Below, piece by piece: positions 16,873 through 26,841 of a DNA stretch of 32,000 nucleotides. The DNA comes from an uncultured Actinomycetes bacterium (GTDB lineage: Bacteria; Actinomycetota; Actinomycetes; S36-B12; CAIYMF01). Where the stretch lies: positions 390,001 through 422,000 of the forward strand of contig CAWJMG010000003.1 of NCBI GenBank assembly GCA_963843975.1, read 5' to 3'. Made by a program: the position numbers and the translations under genes. The notes under the pieces are model-generated. The model made no database searches and was not told where the DNA came from. It saw nothing but the letters and a program-made list of their open reading frames with translations. Every line of letters begins with the position of its first letter. The first letter of the stretch is position 1.

Positions 16873-17730
16873 TCAGCCGTCGACGCGGGCCGCGAGCGCC
16901 AGAAGGTCCGCCGTGCAACGGTCGGGCAGCTGGGCGTGCAGGTCGTGGTGCGCGCCGACGTACCACTGGATCTCGGCCGCGGCGATGCGGTCGCTCGCGT
17001 CCGTGACCGGGGTGCGCCCGACCGGCACGGCGTCGACCGCGGCCATGAGCAGCGTCGGCACGTGCACGCGCGCGTACAGCGGTCTCGGATCGTCGAGCCA
17101 GAGCGAGTGCACGATGCTGCGGTGGTGCTCGCGCGACAGGTGCGGGCGGACCGTGCCGTCCGCCTGGTCGCCGAAGTTGGCGAGGGCGCCGAGACGACCC
17201 TCCTCGGGCCAGTCGCTGTTCCAGCTGCGGGCGCGCTCCTCCAGGCTCGCGCGGGTCCAGCCGTCGAACACCGGTGGCTCGAGCTGCTCCCAGCACTCCT
17301 CGAAGGTCGGGAAGCGATCCGACAGGTGGATCCAGCCGCCGTCGACGAGCGCGAGGGCTGCGACCCCGCCGTGCTCGGCGGCGAGAGTCAGGACGACGTT
17401 GCCGCCCCAGCTCTGGCCGGCGACGACGGGCGCGCGGTCGCCGGTCCACCCGAGAGCGGTGATGAGGTCGGCGAGATCGCTTGCGGCCGTAGCGGTGTCG
17501 TAGCCGCCCTCGGTCTCCTCGGAGCGGCCGTGGCCGCGCTGGTCGACCGCCACGACCTCGTGACCGGCAGCGGCCAGGCGGCGGGCTACGCCGTCCCAGA
17601 GGCGGGCGTTGGAGGCGAGCCCGTGCACGAGCAGGAACGGGCGGAGCGTGCCCGGGGCACGCCGCACCGCCATACGGAGGCCGGGCAGGGCGATGTCGTC
17701 GTCGACGAGGGATGGCTGCACGTCGCTCAT
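16873..17730 (-). CDS. Alpha/beta-fold hydrolase
   Basis: ATG 17730 overlaps the upstream stop (ATGA). LLVHGLASN oxyanion region and GQSWGG nucleophile elbow. 285 aa. Confidence 0.85.
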   Translation of the reverse strand: MSDVQPSLVDDDIALPGLRMAVRRAPGTLRPFLLVHGLASNARLWDGVARRLAAAGHEVVAVDQRGHGRSEETEGGYDTATAASDLADLITALGWTGDRAPVVAGQSWGGNVVLTLAAEHGGVAALALVDGGWIHLSDRFPTFEECWEQLEPPVFDGWTRASLEERARSWNSDWPEEGRLGALANFGDQADGTVRPHLSREHHRSIVHSLWLDDPRPLYARVHVPTLLMAAVDAVPVGRTPVTDASDRIAAAEIQWYVGAHHDLHAQLPDRCTADLLALAARVDG

Positions 17731-18677
17731 GATGCACTCGCCTGATGTGCGACCTCGTCGACGACCCGCGCGACCGACAGCGACGTCGAGAGCGGGAGCA
17801 CCCACGCGTCCTCGCCGAGCACGACGGCCGAGGTGGCCTCGACCATCAGGTGGTAGGCGTCGCAGGCCGCGAAGGTCTCGATCCGCTCGACGCCGTCCTC
17901 GACGACGCGCAGCGTCGACTCCTCGCGCCAGGACGTGAACGCCGGGTGGGGGACGTCGACGACGAGGCCCGGGGCGGTCGCCGTCCAGCCCTGCGACTCC
18001 GGCTGGACGAAGGATCCGAGGATCGTCGCGCGTCCTCGCTCCGACGCCAGAGTGGCGGTGGTGGTGAGGTCGACGCCGGTCGGGCCGAGGTCCTGAGCCG
18101 CCTCGACCACGGTGACGTCGTGCCCGAGCCCGGTCATCGCGGCCGCGATCGCGTAGACGCCGACGTCCAGAAGGGCGCCGCCGCCACGCGCCGGGTCGAC
18201 GCGGTAGTTGTCGTCGGGGACGCCCGAGAACGTGAACCACGTCCGGAGGTCGAGCTCACCCGTCACGCCGGCGAGGATCTCCTCGACGCGGCGCGTGCGC
18301 GGGTGCCACCGGTTCCACGCGGCCTCCACGAGGTGGACCCCGTTGCGCTGCGACGCCGCCGTCATCTGCGCGACCTGCTCGGCGTCGAGCGCGAGCGGCT
18401 TCTCGCAGAGCACATGCTTGCCGGCATCCAGAGCCGCCAGCACCCACGGCAGGTGGGAGTCGTTGGGCAGCGAGATGTACACCGCGTCGACGTCGTCGGC
18501 CGCGAGCACGTCGTCGTACGACGTCACCGCGCGGACCGGGCCGAGCGCCTCCGCCCGGGCGAGCTCGCGCGCCGCCACGACCTGGAGGACTGCGTTGCCC
18601 GCCTCGTGCACCACGGGTGCCACACCGCGCGTGGCGATGAAGCCGGCGCCGAGGAACCCCCAGCGGACGGGGCTCAC
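17727..18677 (-). CDS. Gfo/Idh/MocA-family oxidoreductase
   Basis: GTG 18677 overlaps the upstream stop (GTGA). WGFLGAGFIA Rossmann start and VLCEKPLA motif. 316 aa. Only the C-terminal quarter of track ORF 17727..21527 is coding. Confidence 0.85.
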   Translation of the reverse strand: MSPVRWGFLGAGFIATRGVAPVVHEAGNAVLQVVAARELARAEALGPVRAVTSYDDVLAADDVDAVYISLPNDSHLPWVLAALDAGKHVLCEKPLALDAEQVAQMTAASQRNGVHLVEAAWNRWHPRTRRVEEILAGVTGELDLRTWFTFSGVPDDNYRVDPARGGGALLDVGVYAIAAAMTGLGHDVTVVEAAQDLGPTGVDLTTTATLASERGRATILGSFVQPESQGWTATAPGLVVDVPHPAFTSWREESTLRVVEDGVERIETFAACDAYHLMVEATSAVVLGEDAWVLPLSTSLSVARVVDEVAHQASAS

Positions 18678-20320
18678 TCCGGGACCACCGGCCGGCCGGA
18701 GTCCTCTGCCGACCTGCGCGCGGCCTCCATCACCGACAGCACCCGCCGCGACTGCGCTCCGGTCACCGTCATGGGCAGCCCGAGGTGGATCAGCTCGGAC
18801 ACCTCGCGGTGGAAGGAGTACGGCGCCGCCGCGGGAGTCGCGAGGCGCGTCACGCTGCCGTCGCCGGAGTGCAGGTCGAGCAGCGGCGGAGAGTCGGCCG
18901 GCGCGAGGACGTCCTCGTGCAGCGTCCCGATGTCGTTGCGCGACACGATCTTCTCGGTGCGCCACTGCCCGACGACGGCGCCCTCGGTGCCGAGCACGTA
19001 CCAGCGCGGCTTCAGCACCGCGGCGAGGTCGGAGTGCACGAACTCCGCCTCGGCACCGTCGGTGAAGCGGATGGTGACGCGCGAGTGGTCGGCGTTCGTG
19101 ACGTCGTGCCAGCGCCGCTTGTGCGAGGCCGCAGTGACGTGCTCGACGTCGGTGGGCACGAGGTCGAGGATCTGGTCGAGGACGTGCGACCCCCAGTCGT
19201 AGAACGCGCCGCCCGACACGCCCTCGTCGGAGTGCCAGAGGTTGCACGGGTGGCCGAAGCCGCCGACGAACGTCTCGATCGAGAACACCTCGCCCAGCGC
19301 TCCCGAGCGCACCGCCCGACGGACGGCGAGATGGTCGGGGTCGAAGCGACGGTTCTGGTAGACGACCGCGAGCAGGCCTGCGGCCTCCGCCTCGGCGAGG
19401 ACGGCGTCGGCCTCCTCGGTGCGGATGGCGAAGGGCTTCTCGACGATGACGTGCTTGCCCGCGCGGATGGCGCGCAGCGCCCAGTCGGCGTGCGTGCTGG
19501 GCGGCGTGGACACGACCACGAGGTCGACGTCGTCGCGTTCGAGGAGCGCGTCGGCGTCGGACAGCGCCGCGATGCCTGGTGCTGCGGCGACGGCTGCGTC
19601 TCTTCGCGCAGGCGAGGTGTCGCAGACGGCGGACAGCGCGAGCCCGTCCACCGCGCGCACGGCGCGGCTGTGCTCGTGGCCGATGGCGCCGTAGCCGAGG
19701 AGCCCCACGCGGACGTCGGGGGCGGCCTCGGTGCCGGCCACGTGCCGCACGAGACCGACCAGCGCGCGGACCGTCGCGCGGTCGCTCGCCGCAGCACCGG
19801 TGGTGCCGAGCGTCCAGGTGGCGATCCCCGTGGCCGGGCGCCAGGTCATCACCGGGTGCTCGTCGAGGCCGACGGCTGCGACACGGAGGATCTCGACGTC
19901 GTCGGCCACCTTGTCCGCCAGCATCACGCGGTCGGTGACGTGGTCGTGCGGGCCGACGTGGTCGCCCTCGGAGTGCAGGTGACCGGAGGTGGGAAGGGCT
20001 GCGCCGTCGCGCCCGACACGGACGCGCACGTCGTGGACGGGGGTCGCACGGCTGACGCTGACACCGGCGCCCTCGGGCAGGCGACCCTCGGTGTCGGCGC
20101 GGCCGAGGGTCGGGCCGACGAGGATCACGGGTCGGGCATCGGCGAGGACTGCCTCGACCTGCCCGTGCCCGAGCGGGTGGTCGGCCCACACGAGCACGGC
20201 GTCGGCTTCGGCGTACGTCGTCTCCACGTGGCCGCCCCCGGCGAGGGCGGCGCGGACGCCCTCCACCGCGGCGCGCAGCGGGTCGTCCACGAGGTCCACG
20301 ATCCAGGCGAGGCGGGTCAC
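18674..20320 (-). CDS. Fusion protein: ThuA-like N-terminal domain + Gfo/Idh/MocA (ThuB-like) oxidoreductase
   Basis: 548 aa. Residues ~225-548 carry VGLLGYGAIGHEH and VIVEKPFA. Residues 1-215 end in DEHPVMTWRPATGIATWTLGTT, resembling the ThuA C-terminal signature. GTG 20320 has no SD but has TAGTGT 6 nt upstream. Confidence 0.75.
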   Translation of the reverse strand: MTRLAWIVDLVDDPLRAAVEGVRAALAGGGHVETTYAEADAVLVWADHPLGHGQVEAVLADARPVILVGPTLGRADTEGRLPEGAGVSVSRATPVHDVRVRVGRDGAALPTSGHLHSEGDHVGPHDHVTDRVMLADKVADDVEILRVAAVGLDEHPVMTWRPATGIATWTLGTTGAAASDRATVRALVGLVRHVAGTEAAPDVRVGLLGYGAIGHEHSRAVRAVDGLALSAVCDTSPARRDAAVAAAPGIAALSDADALLERDDVDLVVVSTPPSTHADWALRAIRAGKHVIVEKPFAIRTEEADAVLAEAEAAGLLAVVYQNRRFDPDHLAVRRAVRSGALGEVFSIETFVGGFGHPCNLWHSDEGVSGGAFYDWGSHVLDQILDLVPTDVEHVTAASHKRRWHDVTNADHSRVTIRFTDGAEAEFVHSDLAAVLKPRWYVLGTEGAVVGQWRTEKIVSRNDIGTLHEDVLAPADSPPLLDLHSGDGSVTRLATPAAAPYSFHREVSELIHLGLPMTVTGAQSRRVLSVMEAARRSAEDSGRPVVPE

Positions 20321-20456
20321 CCGACGACACTAGGGCCGGCACCGCCGCGCTGCGACCGGACCCGGTGACCAATTCATGACGTCCTGGCCCGGCCAGGGTC
20401 CTGATGCGGCCTACCGGACGGGCGCGGCTGCCAGACTGGGCGGGAGGAGGGCGCAC

Positions 20457-21599
20457 GTGCACCTGGACTTCCGCCACTCGCCCGGGCCCACGCTCGGCGT
20501 CGAGTGGGAGCTCGCCTTCGTCGACCGCGCGACCGGCGACCTGCTCCCCATCGCCGACGAGGTGCTGGCCGCCGTGCCCCCGCCCGAGCCCGGGCATCCT
20601 GCGCGGGTGCACCGTGAGCTGCTGCTCAACACCGTCGAGCTCGTGACCGGCGTCTGCGACACGGTGCCGGAGGCGATGGCCGACCTGCAGCAGAGCCTCG
20701 ACCAGGTGCGTGCGGTCACCGACGCGCTCGGTGCCGACCTGTTCTCGGCAGGCTCGCACCCGTTCGCTGACGCGACCGAGCAGCTGGTGACCGAGGGGGA
20801 GCGCTACTCCACCCTGATCGACCGCACCCAGTGGTGGGGTCGCCAGATGCTCATCTACGGCGTCCACGTGCACGTCGGCGTACCGACGGGCGATCGCGCG
20901 ATCGCGATCCTCAACGGGCTCCTGCCGTACTACCCGCACCTGCAGGTGCTGTCGGCGTCCTCCCCGTACTGGGGCGGGATCGACACGGCGTACGCGAGCA
21001 ACCGCGCGCTCATGTTCCAGCAGCTCCCGACCGCCGGGCTCCCGTTCCAGTTCCCGTCGTGGGCGGAGTTCGAGCACTACGTCGGCGACATGTTCGCGAC
21101 CGGTGTCGTGGACGAGTACAAGGAGATCCGCTGGGACCTGCGTCCCTCGCCTGCGCTCGGCACGCTCGAGGTGCGCGTGTGCGACGGGCTTCCGACGCTT
21201 CTCGAGGTCGGCGCGATCGCCGCGCTCACCCAGTGCCTCGTGGTCGACCTCGGCCGTCGCCTGGATGCTGGGGAGTCCCTGCCGCTGCTGCCTCCGTGGC
21301 ACGTGCAGGAGAACAAGTGGCGGGTGGCGCGCTATGGCACCGAGGCCATCGTCATCCTCGACTCCGCCAACTCCGAGCGGCTCGTGACCGACGACGTCGC
21401 CGATCTCGTCGAGCGTCTCGCACCGGTGGCCCGCGAGCTCGGCTGCGAGAACGAGCTGCGCGACGTCGAGGTGATCCTCGCGGCCGGGAGCAGCGCCGAC
21501 CGGCAGCGGGCCGTCGCGGCCCGCCACGGCGGCGACCTCCGCGCCGTGGTGTCGTCCCTGGTCGCCGAGCTCGCGGCCGGGCGTCCGCTGCCCGCCTGA
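20457..21599 (+). CDS. Carboxylate-amine ligase, glutamate-cysteine ligase family 2 (YbdK-like)
   Basis: GTG 20457 with GGAGGAGGG SD; the track start 20376 looks like read-through. LGVEWELAFVD, HVHVGV and EVRVCD segments are typical of GCS2. Confidence 0.85.
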   Translation: MHLDFRHSPGPTLGVEWELAFVDRATGDLLPIADEVLAAVPPPEPGHPARVHRELLLNTVELVTGVCDTVPEAMADLQQSLDQVRAVTDALGADLFSAGSHPFADATEQLVTEGERYSTLIDRTQWWGRQMLIYGVHVHVGVPTGDRAIAILNGLLPYYPHLQVLSASSPYWGGIDTAYASNRALMFQQLPTAGLPFQFPSWAEFEHYVGDMFATGVVDEYKEIRWDLRPSPALGTLEVRVCDGLPTLLEVGAIAALTQCLVVDLGRRLDAGESLPLLPPWHVQENKWRVARYGTEAIVILDSANSERLVTDDVADLVERLAPVARELGCENELRDVEVILAAGSSADRQRAVAARHGGDLRAVVSSLVAELAAGRPLPA

Positions 21600-21680
21600 G
21601 AGCGGTTCGCCGTTCTGCTGACGCTGCCCGTCGTCGGAAGCGAGACTCGGCCTGCGGGGTTCTCCAGAAGGGTGGGACCG

Positions 21681-21866
21681 ATGGCAGGCAAGGGCGAGCT
21701 CTACAAGCGCGCTGACGGCACCTGGGGGTTCCGGGTCAAGGCGTCCAACGGCCAGCAGGTGGCCTCGGACGGCGGCCAGGGCTACAGCAGCAAGGCCGAC
21801 GCGCGCTCGACGCTCGAGCGGCTGCTCAAGGGCGAGTACGACGGCCCGATCGACGAGGTCGGCTGA
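21681..21866 (+). CDS. YegP/DUF1508-family small protein
   Basis: ATG 21681 with AAGGGTGGG SD. GELYKRADGTWGFRVKASNGQQVASDGGQGYSSKADA repeat pattern. Confidence 0.75.
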   Translation: MAGKGELYKRADGTWGFRVKASNGQQVASDGGQGYSSKADARSTLERLLKGEYDGPIDEVG

Positions 21867-22092
21867 CGCAGCACCTTCTGCACCACCGCGGCGCGGTCGC
21901 TCCCCTCGTGGGAGGCGGCCGCGTCGCCACGTCCGGGCCGGGATCCGCGAGTCTCCTGCGCCACATCCCCGTGCGCGGCCGGACCGTGTGTCCCACGAGA
22001 CAGGTGTCGAGGGCCTGAAGCGCTGCGCCCAGGTCGATGAAGTTTCTACGATCGAGGTACGAGATCGAAAGATGGCTCGCTAGGAGCAGACG

Positions 22093-22848
22093 ATGAGCAA
22101 CCTGACCGACACGCTGGTCCCCATCCTCTCCACCGCTCCCCGTAAGGACACGAGCTGGCGCCGAGCCACCCTCACCCGTGACCCCGACGAGGTCGCAGGC
22201 ATGTTCGACGGCGTGGCCTCGCGCTACGACGTCTGCAACGAGGTGCTCGCTCTCGGTCAGACCCGGGTGTGGCGCAAGGCCCTCGTGAACGCCGTCGACC
22301 CCCGCCCCGGCGAGATGATCCTCGACCTCGCTGCCGGCACCGGCACCTCGAGCCTCCCCATCGCCGAGCGCGGCGCCCACGTGATCCCGTGCGACTTCTC
22401 CCAGGGCATGCTCATGGTCGGCCACGACCGCTGCCCGGACCTCCCGTTCACCGCGGGCGACGCCCTCCACCTGCCGTTCGGCGACGGCGTGTTCGACGGC
22501 GCGACGATCAGCTTCGGACTGCGCAACGTGCAGGACGCGCGGGCGGCGCTGCGCGAGCTCTACCGCGTCGTGCGCCCCGGGGGACGCCTCGTGGTCTGCG
22601 AGTTCAGCCACCCCAAGCACAAGGTGCTCAACACGATCTACTCCGAGTACCTCATGGGCGCGATCCCGTCGCTGGCCCGCGCCGTCGCGAGCAACCCCGA
22701 CGCGTACGCCTACCTCGCCGAGTCGATCCAGGCCTGGCCCGACCAGCGCACGCTCGCGGGGCACCTCACCGAGGCCGGATGGCGCGACGTCGAGTGGATG
22801 AACATCCACGGCGGCATCGTCGCCCTCCACCGCGGCTTCCGCGCCTGA
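22093..22848 (+). CDS. menG: Demethylmenaquinone methyltransferase (UbiE/MenG family)
   Basis: 251 aa with [28 protein letters not shown] loop, FGLRNV, and the C-terminal GGIVALHRG typical of UbiE/MenG. Confidence 0.9.
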   Translation: MSNLTDTLVPILSTAPRKDTSWRRATLTRDPDEVAGMFDGVASRYDVCNEVLALGQTRVWRKALVNAVDPRPGEMILDLAAGTGTSSLPIAERGAHVIPCDFSQGMLMVGHDRCPDLPFTAGDALHLPFGDGVFDGATISFGLRNVQDARAALRELYRVVRPGGRLVVCEFSHPKHKVLNTIYSEYLMGAIPSLARAVASNPDAYAYLAESIQAWPDQRTLAGHLTEAGWRDVEWMNIHGGIVALHRGFRA

Positions 22849-22988
22849 CGCACGACGTCGTCCGGAGCGTCCGGAGGCTTCCGGACGTGACTCTCGTCCC
22901 TCGGCGCGCATCAGCGGCGCGACCGGAGTGGGATGAAGACAGCACCACCCCTCACCCGCGAGGTGGGCCGTCCTACCAGGAGGCCGCC

Positions 22989-23861
22989 ATGGACATCCGC
23001 AGCATCGTCGTCGGGGTCGACGGGTCGTCGGCGTCCGACGTCGCGATCGACTGGGCAGCAGCCGAGGCCGTACGCCGAGGCGTGCCGCTGGAGGTGCTGC
23101 ACACCTCCACCACCCGCGCCCTCGCCGGCGCGCCGGGAGGTGGCGCACCGCCGCTCTACGACGAGGACAGCGAGACCGAGGACGTGCTCGACACCGCGGC
23201 CCGCCGTGCCCGGCGTGCCTTTCCCGCCATCTCGGTGATCACCCGCAGCGAGAGGCGCGACCCTGCGTCGGCGCTCATCGAGCGCAGCACCGGTGCGGAG
23301 CTCGTCGTGGTCGGTGCGCACGGCAAGGGCCTGCTCGCGCGCTTCCTCCTCGGCTCGGTCAGCCACCGCGTCGCAGCGCATGCGTGCTGTCCCGCCGTGG
23401 TCGTGCACGGGGACGTCGGCACACCGGGGCTCCCCGTCGCGGTGGGGGTCGACGGCTCGGCGTCCTCTGACGCGGCCCTCGAGCTCGCGGTCGACGAGGC
23501 GGTCCTGCGCGGCGTCCCCCTGCTGATCGTGCACGGCTGGCAGCCTGCACCGGTGAGCAGCTTCGACGCCCTGCCCGTCTCGCAGGAGGTCATCGACTCC
23601 ATGCACGGCGTCGCGACCGATGTCGTGGCCCGTGCCGTGGCGGCGGCACAGGAGCGTTCCCCGGGGCTGACGGTGTCGACGGCGATCGCGGCGGCCGGCG
23701 CGGCTCAGACCCTCGACGCCGAGTCGGCCCAGGCGCAGCTGCTGGTGGTCGGTGCCCACGGGCACAAGGGGATCAGCGGGTCCGCCTTCGGGTCGGTGAC
23801 CAGCGCGGTCCTCGACCGGGCGCACTGCCCGGTGATGGTGGCGCCCGTGGCGGCCGTCTGA
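22989..23861 (+). CDS. Universal stress protein, tandem USP domains
   Basis: ATG 22989 with GGAGG SD. Two halves each begin I/VVVGVDGS and end VVGAHG...GSV(S/T)..V...A.CP(A/V)(V/M)V. Confidence 0.9.
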   Translation: MDIRSIVVGVDGSSASDVAIDWAAAEAVRRGVPLEVLHTSTTRALAGAPGGGAPPLYDEDSETEDVLDTAARRARRAFPAISVITRSERRDPASALIERSTGAELVVVGAHGKGLLARFLLGSVSHRVAAHACCPAVVVHGDVGTPGLPVAVGVDGSASSDAALELAVDEAVLRGVPLLIVHGWQPAPVSSFDALPVSQEVIDSMHGVATDVVARAVAAAQERSPGLTVSTAIAAAGAAQTLDAESAQAQLLVVGAHGHKGISGSAFGSVTSAVLDRAHCPVMVAPVAAV

Positions 23862-23870
23862 CGGCGTCCC

Positions 23871-24650
23871 TCAGACGTCCCACCACAGCGTCGCGGTGCG
23901 GCGCCGAGCAGGCACGCCCTGCGCGCGCACGAAGTCGGCAACCTCCGGCTCGCGCTCGGCGGGGAGGCACAGCCGCACGCGCAGGTGGTGGATGCGCTGC
24001 TCGAACGTGAGCGGCGAGCGGGCCTCGAACGGCTCGTCGTCCCACACGTCGAGCTGCGCGGCGATGCCCGCCTCGCGCGCCACGGCGAGGCAGTCCTCGG
24101 CCGTCGGCCGGGTGGGTCGCTGCAGGCCCCAGAAGTGCTCCCACAGCCCGTTCATGTGCGTCAGCGGGTGGGTGACGGGCAGCTCGAGGACGACGCGGTG
24201 CACGGCCCGGTCGCCGAGCGCACGCAGGAACGCCGGAAGGTCGGGGACGTTGTAGACGACGTGGTGGCAGACCACGACGTCCGCGGCGGGGACGCCGTCG
24301 ACGGCCTCGGGCCAGGTGCCCAGCATCTCCGCGTGCGCGACACCGCGCTCGTCCGCGGCCGCGGCGTACTGCGCGAGCATCCGCTCGCTCGAGTCCACGC
24401 CCGTGACGACCCCGGCCCTGGGCAGCAGCGCCAGGGATGCACGGCCGCCGCCGCAGCCCACGTCGAGGACGCTCCCCGACTCGGGCAGGGCCTCGCGGGC
24501 GCGAGCGTGCGACGGCGAGTCCGGCACCTCGCCCACGACCGTGAACATCTCGACGGGGTGGATCCAGGGATCCTCCGGGGCGGCGTCGAGGATGTCCGGC
24601 GGAATCGCCCAGGTCGCCAGGTCGTCGCGCCACTGCTCGGCTGCGGTCAT
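23871..24650 (-). CDS. Class I SAM-dependent methyltransferase
   Basis: 259 aa with VLDVGCGGG SAM loop. No SD. TAGCGT lies 6 nt upstream of the ATG, and its TAG is the stop codon of the upstream pseudogene. Confidence 0.8.
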   Translation of the reverse strand: MTAAEQWRDDLATWAIPPDILDAAPEDPWIHPVEMFTVVGEVPDSPSHARAREALPESGSVLDVGCGGGRASLALLPRAGVVTGVDSSERMLAQYAAAADERGVAHAEMLGTWPEAVDGVPAADVVVCHHVVYNVPDLPAFLRALGDRAVHRVVLELPVTHPLTHMNGLWEHFWGLQRPTRPTAEDCLAVAREAGIAAQLDVWDDEPFEARSPLTFEQRIHHLRVRLCLPAEREPEVADFVRAQGVPARRRTATLWWDV

Positions 24651-24659
24651 CCGGCCACG

Positions 24660-26738
24660 CTAGCGCGGCACGGAGAACCGCTCGCGCCGGAACGGGACGG
24701 CATCGCGCTCGATGTCCTCGCCGAACTCGCGCGCCGCCAGGTGGCCCGCGAACACCGCCTGCGCGATGAGGTTGGGCGCGTCCGCGTCACCGACGAGCCG
24801 CAGCGAGTCGAGTCGTCCGTCCTCGAGCGCCGGCGCCAGCGCGTCGTGCAGCGAGGTGACCGGCTCCCGGTCCGCGGCGAGCACCAGGACGTCGCGCGGC
24901 AGCACGGTCTCGGCGCCGTCCAGCACCGAGGCCACGACGCACGCATCCGGCTCGACCCGCTCGAGCACGTGCCGGACGACGACCCTCACCCCCAGCTCGC
25001 GCAGCCTCGACTCGATGCGCTCCTGCTCCAGCGTGAACTGCGTCCAGTACGACACCAGTGGCGCGGGCGTCACCAGCGTGACGTCGTTGCCGCGGACGGC
25101 GAGCAGCTCGGCGAGCAGGCCGCCCATCACGTAGTGGTCGTCGTCGTAGACCACCACGCGGCCCGCCGGGACCGACCACGTGCCGGCGACCAGATCGTCG
25201 AGGACGTCGTCCGGCGTCAGCACGGCGCCGGACTCCCAGCCGTGAACGGCACGGCCCAGCGAGCGGCCGCGGCCGTCGCGTCGCCACGTCGCACCCGTCG
25301 CCACGATCACGTGCCGCGCGCCGGAGTCGAGCACGTCGTCGGGCGTCATGGGGCTCTCGGGGAAGAGCGACACCTCGGGCATCGACTCGATGCGTCCGAC
25401 CCGCCAGTCGACGACGCGGCGCCAGGCCGCGAGGCCGGGGAGCAGCGCCTCGCGGTCGACCCGGCCGCCGATGCGGCGCCGGGCCTCGACCAGGTCGACC
25501 CGGTGACCGCGCTGCCCGAGTGCGCGCGCCGCCTCGAGGCCGGCCGGGCCGGCGCCGACCACCATGACCGCGGAGTCGTTGCGCCGCACGGGGATCCGCT
25601 CGGGGTGCCAGCGACCGTCGCCACTCCTCGCCCATGGTCGGGTTCTGGGTGCAGCGGATCGGCAGCGACTTCGGGTCGGTGGCCACGCAGATGTTGCAGC
25701 CGATGCACTCGCGGATCTCCTCGAGCCGCCCCTCGCGCATCTTGCGCGGCAGGTGCGGGTCGGCGATCGAGGGCCGCGCGGCACCGATGAGGTCGAGCAC
25801 CCCGCGGCGCACGGCGGAGACCATCGCATCGGGGGACGTGTAGCGGCCGACCCCCACCACCGGCTTGGTGGTGAGGCCCTTCACGAACGCGATGTAGCGC
25901 TCCTGGTGACCCTCGGCGTGCGAACCTCGAGGTCGCGGAGTCGTTGCTCCAGCCGGAGATGTTCACGTCCCACAGGTCGGGCAGCTCGGCGAGCATCGCC
26001 ACGATCTCGGCAGCCTCGCCGTCGTGGGTGATGCCCTCGGCGCCCACGAGCTCGTCGACGGCGAGCCGTACGGCCACGCGCACAGTCGTCGCCGACCGCC
26101 TCCTTGGTGTCCTCGATCAGCTCGCGCAGGAAGCGCACCCGGTTCTCGAGAGACCCTCCGTACTCGTCGGTGCGGTCGTTGTGCCGGCGGGAGAGCAGCT
26201 GCATCGGCAGCGTGAGCCCGTGGGCGGCGTAGCAGTAGACGATGTCGAACCCGGCGTCCCGTGCCCGCAGTGCCGCGGTGCGGTGCCAGCGCCGTACGTC
26301 GGCGAAGTCCTGGCGCGTCATCGCCCGCGTCTGCACCGGCTCGAAGCCGCCGCCCCCGAGCACGCCCTCGGACCGTGGGCCGATGGGCGTCATGCGCGAG
26401 TAGTGGTTCGCCGAGTCGAGCCCGGCGTGGGTGAGCTCGATGCCGGCGAGGGATCCGTGCTCGTGCACGGCATCGGTCATGAGCCTCAGACCGGGGACGT
26501 CGTCGTCGTCCCAGAGCCGGCCCTCGACGTACGGCGAGAGGTCGCTCGTGGGGTGGATCTCCACCTCCTCGGTGCACACGACGCCCCAGCCTCCCTCGGC
26601 CTTGATGCCGCGCATAGCGGCGAGGGAGGTCGGCCGCGCGTGGCCGAGGCCGTTGCAGTGCGGCACCTGGAAGAACCGGTTCGGAGCCACCTTCGGGCCG
26701 ATGCGCACCGGCTCGAAGAGGACGTCGTAGTCACCCAT
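24660..26738 (-). pseudogene. OYE-like NADH:flavin oxidoreductase fused to FAD/NAD(P)-binding domains (2,4-dienoyl-CoA reductase / amine dehydrogenase architecture), three frame changes
   Basis: About 691 aa are recoverable from track ORFs 25881..26852, 25346..26083, 24787..25884 and 24660..25829. Motifs: FFQVPHCNGLG, ELTHAG, YAAHGL barrel; CIGCNIC Fe-S motif; VMVVGAGPAGLEAA. Frame changes lie near 26078, 25921 and 25621. Confidence 0.8.
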
Positions 26739-26841
26739 GCCGTGATCCTGGCAGGGGGGCGTATGACGGTCTCGTGAACTCGCCGCGGACAGCGCGCCGC
26801 GCCCGTGCCTCGCGCCTAGGGTGAGCCGCGGGAGGGTCACC

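Noticed and set aside
18678-21527. Upstream three quarters of the 1266-aa minus-strand ORF 17727..21527
   Set aside because: It is out of frame with or antisense to the ThuA/ThuB-like and GCS2 genes, and its translation is Arg/Pro-rich. The real gene is only 17727-18677.
22037-22096. 19-codon uORF ([19 protein letters not shown]) whose TGA overlaps the menG ATG
   Set aside because: It has no SD or -10 box in register and its third positions are A/T-rich. It is most likely a chance ORF in the AT-richer promoter patch. It is only worth revisiting if ribosome profiling shows occupancy.
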